Shown here in pieces: positions 1 through 11,700 of a stretch of 64,000 nt of DNA (its first letter is position 1; the number at the start of each line of letters is the position of its first letter). The stretch is taken from contig NC_134029.1 in the NCBI RefSeq assembly GCF_964204645.1, positions 1,674,001-1,738,000 of the forward strand, read 5' to 3'. The notes beneath the pieces were generated by a model. That model saw only the letters and a program-made list of their open reading frames with translations. It ran no database searches and had not been told where the DNA came from. Source of the DNA: Tubulanus polymorphus. Taxonomy: Eukaryota > Animalia > Nemertea. The position numbers and the translations under genes were made by a program.

Positions 1-38
1 TTTTACAACCGAAGCAACGACAAGCGACTGGGGAACCA

Positions 39-3000
39 TTGATGAATAGCGAACCTCATTTACTGGAAATACTCAGTAACTGTCAATGGGACAAGATACG
101 CTCTCACCTTCTTAGCTATGTGGCTCAACAAGTTCGCGGAAGGATCTACCCTCAAACGGCAAAAATCAGTTACAATAATTATCTCATAGATGTGCTCCCT
201 AAATCGGTGAAACCAACTAAAATTCCACCTCATCTTCGCTCGACGTTACCAAAAAAAATGTTTGCTATCCGGCTGTTAGTACGAGAGGCAACAAGTGTAT
301 CAGCTAAAATAGGCTACAGCGCTCTTCGTGTAAAATCTGAATTAACAACCTCATATCCAGCTACTGAAAGCCCAAATATCCCAAAGTCTAAAAATGATGA
401 TGCTAATGACACAGTTGGAGGTGCTGCAACACTTGAAAATGAATGTGATTCCAACAGTCCAACAAAACCTGAGAATATGGATGTAGACAATAGTAAATCT
501 ACTGAAAGAAAACAAGTAGATATCAAGATGGAAAATAAGATTAAAGATGCGAAGGATTTGAGTCAAAAAGTAGAAGAGATTGAAGGCGAAAATAATGATG
601 AAAAACAGATCAAAATTAGCATCGAGTTGTTAAAAGAGCTTAATGAGAGAGGTCGTAAAGATGATAAAGCACATCCATCTAGTGAGGCTCTTGAACAAAC
701 TTTATCTCCACCAGCCGACTCTGCTAGCAGTACACCAACAACAACATCTACTCCAACAACAACTTCTCTCAATATTTTATCTGCAGCAAATGCATCGGAT
801 TCAACTGGGAAATCAATTAAAAAATTGAACATTGTTACGAAGTCTCTCATTCAACCTGGAATATTTAACAAACAGAAACAGCTTTTGACGATGCAAGGTT
901 CATTTTTCCCGACTCCTTCTACGTCAGCGACGAGTGTGGATGATGTTCCTTCTACACTTGTGCCCCATCTTCAGCAGCAACTCAATTCTGATCAGCCATT
1001 TATCAAAACGATGGCGTTCGTGAATTTGCCTCTTCATATAAAATGTGTTTTGAAGTCGCAAATGGGAAATGTCTTACCACCGGGGACACATGTAAATGAT
1101 TTACTGGCTTTAGTGAAAGTTCGGAATCCTGATGAGAAAATCACCAATAAGACATTTACTCCTGATATGGTAAAAGGACTTGCTTTAGTTCATCATTCAA
1201 TTCAGTCATCCTCAACTACAATCAGTTCTGATGCGTCTGCGTCTGCTTCATCTATATCTAATACAGCGGCAATGTCAGCATCACAGAAACTCTTCAATAC
1301 CAGTTCTCAAGAAAACAATAGTACCGGTAATACCTCCAACAACATCAACAGTGCTGCTGATAATTTGGGTAATTACAGATTTAGGATTTGTGGTGGCCAG
1401 ATAGTTGACAGTAATGCCATGGGAAAGGAACAAGAATCAAAGAAATTAACATCAGCCAGAGACTCATTAAGTTCTGCTCTTTCTCAGATCAGCAATGAAG
1501 TTTTGGGCAACCAAAAACCAGCAACGTTTCAACCGATTTTGCCGCCTATCAATAGAAGTGCGTTGAAGAGAATTTCACTTATTGGACCAACATTTGCGAC
1601 TTTAGAATCACAACCAGCTCCTCCTGTTGTTCCACAGAAAGGAACGAAATCTAAGAGAAAAGAGAAATTGGCAGTTCGACATTTCGTTACTGATGATGAT
1701 GATCTCGGATCGGCTGTTGGAAGTGAAATGCCAATTGATGTTCATACGAATCTTGTGCTTGAGAAAAAGATTAAAAAATTCTTCCAACGAGATATGTATG
1801 TGCAGATGGTTTCACATGAGACTGAGGATATCGATGTTGATATTGAAGGTTTGGATTTAGAAGAGTCCTGTAATGAACCACTTGTTAAGAAGTTTAAAGA
1901 AGAGGTCAAAATTGCTAAAGATGATTCCTCAGTTGACTCTAATGTATCATCTTCGTGCACACTTCACAAAGTTATACAGGTTATCCAACGAAAGAAACGT
2001 CCATGGTTAAAACCATCTCTTTATGATGAGGAAATAAACCCAAAAACTGTTGTTGTTAGATATGACGATGTTCTTAATCAACAAAATAGCGTCAAAAGCA
2101 GCTGCCTTCCACCGCCGTGTAAGAAGCTTAAATTATCACAAAAATCTGCTACTTCCGCCAGTCCTGCACCTTCTATTGGTGAGAAATCAATTGATGATTA
2201 TATAGATTCCGACGTGGATATATGTAACTCGAGTGATGATGGGAAGGATAAAGCGCTTTCTAATGCGAAACATTCATCTCATCTCAGAGCTGCTCTCATT
2301 GGTAATGCACCTTCCAAAAACCAGGTGAGTTTTTCATTGGCATTTACGATGTTGCTGCAAATTTGTATAATCATCAATTCTTCTTGATGAGTTAGGTGTT
2401 GAATTGAATTTGACATAGTCCTGGTGCTTATTTACATTTTACTTACCTTGTGATTTGGTTGTTTTTTGCAAGATCAACGCAGAGTCTGGTGGTTTCCAAA
2501 AAATTGTATTCAAAGATCATGTTTCCAAATCAGTACCACAAAGTAATCGAGATGAAAATCCAAGAGAGGGACATAATTTTCGGTAAATAATTTTCGGTTT
2601 CCAACCTATTTTACCTACGGTATATTTCAGTTTTTAGCATGGTCACCTTTAATGAACCTTAGTCTCATAAAATTGATTTGATTCTTTGACTCAAGTCACT
2701 CACTGGAAATACTCTAAACTCACAGTTGTGACACTGATATATAGAAAGATGACTGGGGTTACAGTGTTTGATATCCTTTTCCTTTTATAGATATCCAATT
2801 GATCCAGCTTTGATAATTTGGTAATTTTGACAATCTAATTAAATTATTTATGACAGGGAATTTTGCTTGAATGAATACTTACGGATCAAAATTGCTTTGA
2901 TAGATTATGTTGTGCCATCACTGAGCAAAGTTCACTGTACATTATTCATGTTGCTTTTAGTTTCGTTGCCAAGTTTTTCAACATTTTTGGGTTTATTGTT

Positions 3001-6000
3001 GTAATTATTTGTTTCTGTTAGCTTAGAAAACCCATGTTTTGTTTATGTTTTCATTGGAATGTCGTCGGTACTGGTATTATAATTCTTAAATTTTTTCTTG
3101 TCTTCAGGGAGCGAGAAAGGAGAAAAGACTTGGCGAAGAGATTTTCTGACTTAGCTGAATGTCTTGGAGAAAGAAATGGTGGTAAACAAAATCTATTGGA
3201 GAAGGTATTGATTCAGTTGTAAATGTAGTTATTTTTTAGAATGTTAAAAGTAGTTTCATCAAACTGAATTCTTTTTTAGGCTGTGAAAAGGGTTAAGCAA
3301 CTCCAACTACAGGATGCCTCGCTGCGGAGAGAATTGGCAAAGCAGAAGATTACAACTGTACATCTTGTCACAAAATTAAGACATTTGATAGGTACATTTT
3401 CCTGAATGCCCTTTAACTTAATCATTATTTCTTTTATTCGAGGTAAATCTGAGATTCTGAAAACTTATCAATTGCAGGTGATCAGACTGATTCCAGCAAA
3501 AGAATCACATTTTCCGAAACAATCTTATACACGAAAGAAATACTGGGTAATTGTGCTTTAGAAATGTTGAAAAGTGATAGCTTCGACAAAGAATATCAAG
3601 AAGAGATGATGAACCAGGGAAAATTGGATTGTGTAATGAAACCATTTTCAGAAAATTCAGAGATAAGGCTTTCTGCTAAACCTCGTGCCAAATCAACAGG
3701 TAATCAACCTACAGAACAATTAGTGAAAGATCCACTGGAAAAACGCCCTTCTACACAACCGCCCGTGTCATCAATGACATTACCGTTACTGATACCAGTT
3801 TCCCCTGATAGAAATGAATCCACACCTGATGGCTCATTGTGCTCCAATATAGTTTCTAAAACTCAAATGTCTTTATCTAAAAATCCTGAAGATGAAGAGG
3901 TCTGTGTGATGAAAGAGATTTTCAAAGTAGCTGATGATGTTGATATTGATGATGATGATAATGTCGTAAATGCTGATGATGTTATACCAGATACCAGCAG
4001 TAAAGTAAACGATGTGAATGATTCTGAAACCAAGGGTCAATCGATTTTTAACATCAATCTTGAAGATTTGAAACAAGGAAAGCTGGAATCTGTAAGTTCA
4101 GCACTTGCGGCAATAGCTGAAGATCTAGAACTGCCACTAGATACTAGTAGCACAAGTGAGGATCTAACAGAAGTTATTGAATCAAGTGAGAATGTGGTTG
4201 ATAACAGTAAGGAATGCAGTAGTATATCATCTGTTCAGATAGAATGTTCAGAGGATTCTGAGACCCAGATTGAAAGTAATGAGGAAAATTGTGAAAATAA
4301 TAAATATTATGATATCGCACAAGTGAAAACAAGTGTCGGGAAAGAATTGAATATCAGTTATAATGATAGTTTTGAAGAAGAGAGTCTAGCAGGAGAGAGT
4401 CTAACTTCTATCGAAAATCCTGCTAAAAGTACGGTCGAGTTACTGAAGAATATATCAGAATCCTCCGCAGAACCAAACATTGACAGCGTTGTAACTGGTT
4501 GCGGGGAAGAAATGAATATAAGTAATGATGAAAGTGTTGGAGAGGAGAGTCTGGTATCGACTTCTATTAAAAATCCTGCTGAAAGTGCAGACGAGTTACG
4601 GAGGAATACATCAGAATCTTCTGCAGAACCGAATGTAAGCGGCGTTCAGGAAAAAATGAATATGAATAATGATGAAAGTACAGCGTCAACTTCTCTTGGG
4701 AATCCTGCTGAAAGTTTGGGACATTTACTGAAGAATACATCAGGACCTGCTGCAGAACCAGTCATTGACAATGATGTAACTAGTTGCTGGGAAGAAATTA
4801 ATATGAGTAATGATGAAAGTGTTGAAGAAGAGAGTCTTGTATCAACTTCTATTGAAAATCCTGCTGAAAGTTTGGTGGAGTTAATCAAGAATACATCAGA
4901 ATCCTCTGCAGAACCAATCATTGACAAGGTTGTAGCCAGTATTAACACTGAGAATGAAGATGTAAGCGGGATATCTGCTGCACCCGACGCAGAAACCTTA
5001 CTCTCAAAGGAAATATTGGCTGAGGGAACATCTCCAGTGTCTACAGCTGAAGCAGTAGCCAAGCCATTCCTAGAAGATGTTCCGAATAATGTGGAAGAAA
5101 CTTCACCAGCGTTTGATACAAAATCGCCTCAATATGCTGAACATACCAATACCAAACCTCCTGAGCTGGTAACGAAATCAGATAAAATGTTGACTCAAAC
5201 TGAAAATAGGATATGCACCTCTGAAGATACTTCATGTTCTAGTAAAAGTGATGAGGAAGTTCGTTCTATCTGCAGTGGTCAGTTGCAAGACAATTTGAAT
5301 AGAATCGCCGAAAAGTGTATCAAGAAAATCATTTCACAAACTAAGAATATTGAGGCAACTGTAAGGGATGATGTGAAACCCGACACCGAAGGTGATGTTG
5401 ATCGATGTAAAGTAACGGAACCGCCTATAAATACTGATGAGAATGCTGTTGGTTGTAATATTGCTGTAAGTGAAACTGGTAATCTGGTGATAAATCGTCA
5501 GTCAATGGATAATACAATTTCTAAATCAACTGGTGCTACAGTAACATCTGCTAGTGTGCTTACTACCCCTCGGGTTCTCGCAGTCGTGAAGGGCGGTCAG
5601 ATACTACAGTTGACGCAGACTCTTCCAAGTGATAGAAAACCATCCAGTAAATCTGATCTTGCAAAGCAGGGAGGAAACTTATTTAAATCATTTGGAACTT
5701 CTGGGACGCAGTCGTTGTTATTACCAGTAAAACCACCAACTTCATCTGCGAGTAAGGTATTCATAAGTACAACTAGTCCAACAAATCAGTTATTGCTGCA
5801 ACCACTGAGTTTACTTCCTAATCCATTAAGTAAATCTGTTACTCCTGGAACAAAGTCTGTATTGACTACTTCTCCATTTAATCCTGCAACAAAGTTGGCT
5901 ATAGGAGTTGCCCCTTCAGGTAATCCTGGGATGAAGCCATGTGTAGTGGCTTCTACTGTAGCTACTTCTGGAAGTAAGCAGTCTGTTGTGGCATTTACTG

Positions 6001-6860
6001 TAGGTACTTCTGGGGTTAGGTCAGCCATGTCTGCTGCTACTGTAAGCACGTCTGGGATGAAGCATTCTACCGTGACTTCAACTTCTGGTACTTCTGGAAC
6101 AAAGCCAACTGTAGTGGCTTCTGTTGTAGGCACTTCTGTAATGAAGCAATCTGTAGTGGCATCTACAGTAGGTACTCCTGGGTTAAAACCAACAATAGTG
6201 GCTTCCATTATTCCTGTTTCTCCTGGAACTAAGCCAAATGTTATCGCTTCTACTTCAGTTCCAATTGGATTTAAGCCCAATGTAGGGAATTCTACTGCCT
6301 TAACAGAATTTAAACCGTCTTTAGTTACTACTAGAAGAACGTCTGAAGACAAGTCTATCATAGGTCAGACAATCTCTTTGGATGAAACGAAGCGTCGAGA
6401 TGTTTTAGTAGTTGATGAAGCTAAAGATCAAATGTATGTAGAAAGTAAGAGAGATAAAATTGAACTTATCAATCAAATTGTTAAATCTACCACAAATTCA
6501 CAAAATGTCGGTAACAAAATTATGAGACCTATTAAAAGTGATGCGGCGTTCACAGTTGTTAAACAGAATGGAGGTAAAGCTACTGTTGTAACGGACAAAT
6601 GTGCCATTGAAGTTAAAATCCATGGTATTGGCGATAATTCCAAAGATCCATTGACTCCATCTCAACTTCAAACTGCGATCAATGCCGCTAAAACCTATCT
6701 GTCATGGCAGAAACAAAATGTGACAAAAACTGTTGGTAAAGATTCGACAGTTCAGTCGGTGACGATTACGTCACAATCGCCATCAACGTCCCAACCAACT
6801 GTAAAAGAGCTGTATAAATTTATTAGAAAGTTGGACGAACCAGAAACTGGCGGCGAGTAA
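39..6860 (+). CDS. MGA/Myc-superfamily bHLH-leucine zipper transcription factor (MAX gene-associated-like), 5' partial
   Basis: Exons <=39-2324, 2473-2582, 3108-3204, 3280-3391 and 3478-6860 join in frame through GT-AG introns. Splicing rebuilds REGHNFRERERRKDLAKRFSDLAECL..KQNLLEKAVKRVKQLQLQDASLRRELAKQK, a Myc/Max-type H-N-x-x-E-R-x-R-R basic region plus HLH-Zip. Acidic EDIDVDIEG motif and long low-complexity flanks as in MGA. The frame is open back to the window start. Confidence 0.75.
4335..4935 (+). repeat. Coding tandem repeat, 4 copies of a ~46-52 aa acidic unit
   Basis: An EEMNISNDESVxEESLVSTSIENPAESxxELLKNTSESSAEP-like unit occurs four times in the last exon of the bHLH-Zip gene. Confidence 0.85.
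5920..6320 (+). repeat. Coding tandem repeat, ~14 aa (42 nt) S/T/V-rich unit
   Basis: Degenerate TSGxKP/QxVVASTVG units, about 8-9 copies. Confidence 0.75.
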
Positions 6861-7032
6861 CCCGGATGTACAGATGTAAATAATCTGTCTTAAATCATGG
6901 AATGATATGAAGTTTAGTTTTCCTTTTTAAGACGTTGATTTTTTTTAATCATGCATTTCATCATTCATTATAACATCGATGTTTTTTCCATAAACTATAT
7001 ATGCAGCCGTAAATGTGCGCTGTCCAAGACTA

Positions 7033-7140
7033 TGCGTGCGTGTGTGCGTGCGTGCGTATGTGTGTGTCACGCACAATGTATAAGATTTATGAAAGTGGCG
7101 TGTGTGCTATGTGTGCTTTGTACAACATTGCGTGTGTGCG
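7033..7140. repeat. (TG/TGCG)n low-complexity tract in the 3' UTR
   Basis: tgcgtgcgtgtgtgcgtgcgtgcgtatgtgtgtg and further TG runs. Confidence 0.7.
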
Positions 7141-7884
7141 ATCTCTTACTCAAAAGGTGCGGTTTATATTTAACATTTTAATTTGTAGTGATTGATTTGA
7201 TTGTTGAAGCCATCTCATCACTAGCAACATTGAGTTGATTGATTTTGTATCTGTAAATAAATCACATGTATAGTAGATTTGTCATCAAGTGACGTATTAT
7301 ATATAAAGTTAGTGCAAGGATATTGTCTATTGTCGGCTGCTATTCGCTTTGTTGCTGGGAATGCATTGAACTCGCTTTAGTTGTTATCGAATGTAAATTC
7401 GTTACATTATCGTCTTGTTTTTAGTGCCAATGTGTTGTATTTCCAATTCAATATACTAGGTATAGACTACGCGAGTTTCACTGTAATAGTAAAACCAATT
7501 TTTTTAGTGAAATGTCAAATATTTTTGTCGGCCTATTTGCTTCTAAACAATATCTTTGCGCATATTATGATGTAAATTAATTTCAGGTAAGAGTATAAGT
7601 ATTTGTACACAAAAAAAGAATAAAGTCTTTCACTGTATATGCAAGTTCATGTACGAGTTATGTTGTCTGTTTTGTCGAGGAAACGGGGATTTATTGAATC
7701 TTTAACAAAACCTGAGGAAAACAAAGAGGGATGTATGTATTTATCTACAATACTGAGGATAGAAGGAAAAGAAATACATGTAAACCCCACCTGAGTGACA
7801 GGAAGACAGCTGTAGCCATAGATATCCCTTCCAAAAAAAGAAGGCACGCCCGTAAAGCCCTAATTACAGTCCATTTCCTTTGCC

Positions 7885-7952
7885 GGATTCGAACCCAGGC
7901 CTTCAGAGCACTACATCTGAACACTAACCACTGCACCACTGAACTGGCTTGG
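7885..7952 (-). mobile_element. tRNA-derived SINE head (degenerate)
   Basis: The reverse complement has A-box TGGTGCAGTGG and B-box GGTTCGAATCC at tRNA-like spacing, but no acceptor stem. Confidence 0.55.
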
Positions 7953-8777
7953 TGTGTCTAGTCAGTAGGTGCTCACCATTTGCCCGTGGTGAGTAACTCG
8001 AAATGCAATACTCTAAACAAAACGTTGTTTATAACTAACGGCTCCTTAGTTGAAACAACCTATTTTACCCCGAGTCACGTGTTATCATTCTCTTAGATAA
8101 AACCAGAATAATATGCAAAAGATTAGCGATTGCTTCCTGATATATCAGAATTATATAATTCGAGGACCCGCTTCTGACACAAGACAATTAGAATATCTAT
8201 CTTCGCTGAGTTTTGAGGCTTTGGAGGATTCTTGTGGACCTGGGTTATCAATCTCATCCTTCAGATAATGTTCAATGAAATTCAGATGATTTTTTGAAAG
8301 CCTTCTGATCTCTGGGGTGCGGGGTCAGCTGCAGATATGTACACAAGCAGTGATAGTCCAGGACTGCGGTAAGCTGCAATCCATTCGTACAGTGTCGTCA
8401 TCTGCAGGATATTTCAGGAATCGCGACTGTAGTGCTGTGTCAAGTCGCGCCAGTACTGTCGCACGACCGATAGTGTTCGGTTCTGTCTGAGACAACGAGA
8501 GGCGATGTGAACGAGATTGAAGCGAAACTAAACTAGTCTTGAATGGTATAGAAAAAAAAACATTTACCGGTCAGTATAATACTTGATTTATTGATACAGA
8601 TATTTATATATAAACATTTAATATTCGCACTGATTGAAATAGGCTTTAGATAATTAGAGATGATGTATGTATTTTAAACAGACCTTCAACACGAAGAGGA
8701 TCCGTCTGTATTTGGACGTTACCCGAAACTAGAAATATTCGTCATTCTATTTCAGGTTTTTAAACGTAACTGCTAAA

Positions 8778-11700
8778 ATGGCAACTGAAACTAACGGTTA
8801 TGGGTTGAACGAACATTTTCAAAGCGATGATGGACGATCTTACAGTAGAAACGGATCGAGCAGTCCGGCTAGAGCTAGAAGTATGATGAACGTGGTCGAC
8901 GGGCGACGTGCGAAAAAAGTACGATTTTACCGAAACGGAGATCGGTTTTATAAAGGACTCGTTTATGCCGTGTCCCCGGATAGATTCAGAACATTTGAAT
9001 CACTTTTAGCTGAACTAACTTCCAGCCCTTTATGTAACAGAGTGGTTTTACCGAATGGAGTCCGGGCCGTGTTCAGCTTGGACGGCACCAGGAAAATATC
9101 GGATTTAGAACAACTCGAAGACGGTGAAAGTTACGTCTGCGCATCGGGAGAAATATTCAAAAAAGCTGAATATCAAAAAAGCCGGAATCCCACTTGGAAT
9201 CCGAATGTAAAAACTTTCGATACGCAAGAAGGATTCACAACTTCGTTATCTCAAAATAATTTCGATCTTGGTAGAGATGTTATTAAACCTAAACTAGTGA
9301 CAGTAATTCGTAACGGAATGAAACCGCGCAAGGCCGTCAGAATTCTACTGAACAGAAAAACTGCCAAATCATTCGACCAAGTTCTGACTGATATCACAAA
9401 CGCGATCAAATTAGATTCGGGAGCCGTCCGTAAAATATTCACCTTGGACGGGAAACCGGTAAGTGAAACAAATATAATGACATTCACTAGAGTAGTGAAC
9501 TCACGTTTTCGAAGATTTTGATTGCATTCATTACAGCGATTCATAATTTTGAAATTATAAGAAGTTCCAAAAGCTGAAGTGAAAATATAAACTTCTCGCT
9601 TTAGAAGTATTTATAGTATATTTAAGATATAGATCAAATTCTCTTTACTTTGCGGAATTTATGTATAATGATTTGTTGGTTCAGGCTTTCACGCGTAATC
9701 TAGTTTTTATTTCTTGACTTCTGAAGTGTAAATAAAGAATTTAGCTAAACGGAGCCATAAATGTGGACCAGGTCATAAAACACTAAATGAATAGAGAATA
9801 TTGCATGATTCGACACTGCTAACCTAATCAAAGAGTGATTTTACTACGTCTTGTAAATCCACTCTCAATGCCTAATTCGCTGATCCTAGTTGTAAATCCA
9901 ATAATCTCGAGAGTTAATCCAATATATTTACATCGTGTCTGTTTTTAGTTTCCACTCTCAAGAAATGGTTTTTACTTGTCTTATTTAGAGACAGCATTTT
10001 ACAACGCTTAATGAATTCTCATTCTTTTTCAATTGCTGAACAGATTAATGACATTTTGCACCAAAAAAAAATACTTATTTCAAATCTACATTCATAGACA
10101 TAGGGAACATATAAAATATCTGTGAAACAATGAACCTAGGTTTTGCTTATTGCGAGGCAAAACATTTCACCATGGTTTTCACTTTCGTTTGAGAAATAAT
10201 CTCCATTGGGTTTCACATTATCCCTCCAGTCGTGAACTCATTATTACTAATTCTACCGTAAAATGTTTTGTATCTCTGAAATATGGGACGTTAATTGCCA
10301 CCTGACTTACGTTGTGTCGCTGTATTAAACATTTTCTAATGGGAGAAAAGGGTTTTTGTCACATCATATTGATTTCCATAATGGAACACAGATACGTATG
10401 GATTGAGACACACGAACCTGTAAGAATATGACGTATTGAAGCAGTAAACCAGTTCTTTATTTCTTTATAAACACAGAAATAACTGACAGATTCACATTGA
10501 CTAAATTTCTAATGTTGAGAAAACTAAAAAATGAAAAAACTTTTTGTATATATGTATATATACATATATAGCCTATATTAGTTTCGGCTGATATTGAATT
10601 GGAAATAAAGGCAAAACAATGTCACCTTACAGACCTCAGGGTTATGCAAGTTCGAAGTCTATCGGGATCAGAATTAAAATTCTTTTTTCTCGGGGTTAAG
10701 CAAGTTATATTTGAAGATTTTGAATAAGTCGACTAATACCATCAGAAATGGTCGTCTAATTGCATCTACACATATATAATTATTTGTGGTGTATCTGTGA
10801 TTCAGTATTCTGCCTGTGACACTGTTGTAGTATAGGAGGGTGAGTCATTAAACCACTTGATGACTCCTTCCTCTCTCAGCTCAGAAAACTGATCAATCAT
10901 GCGACGACTTAATGCGTAATCCTCTATAAACCAACAGGTTCCCACAGCACTCTCCAAACGTCATATTTATACATTATTAGATACATACGTTTATTTATAA
11001 AAAGCAAATACACTCAAGTTTAAATTTGGTGCACTCTTCTATAGCCACCGCTATATGTGCCATTATTTCATATTCTTTCGATGATGAATTCTCGATTTTA
11101 AGCATAAAACATTTTACCACTTTCAGTTTTCAACTGAATAATTTAGGATTTAAATCAGAATTTGACCTTATTCTTCAATCAGCTATGTTCCATTTTCAGG
11201 TGTCGAATCTGATGGATTTTTTCCAAGATGAAAGCGTTTTCATCGCTTACGGTCAAGAGAGATTTTCACTGGATGACTTCGATCTAGATGATAATGGTAA
11301 AGAAAATGTTGTCTCTTATTGCTTCAAACAAGAAAAAATGTTTATTTTGTGACCCCGCTTTATTAAGCCAAAGATGATTTCTACAATGTTATGTCTTCAC
11401 TATTGGTTTTGAGAATAACATACATGCAATTGAATACTATCTGAGCATACTATGTTCTGAGTAGGTAAAATATCAATGACTCAGCGTCCAGCCCCAGCTC
11501 CGCTCCACTGGTCACTTCAATTCCGGTCATTACTGTAAACACCGTTAGCCACAGTTTATTACATCCGATACTGACGATTAGCTACCGCTGACACATGAGA
11601 ATTGATTATAGAAAACCTGAAAATAACCGCTGTGATCAATCAGTCAGTCATTTTAACCACTGATCAATCAACTGATCGATATATACTGATCAGTGATTTT

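Noticed and set aside
4646-6361. Antisense ORFs of 138 and 191 aa
   Set aside because: Shadows of the repetitive sense-strand coding exon.
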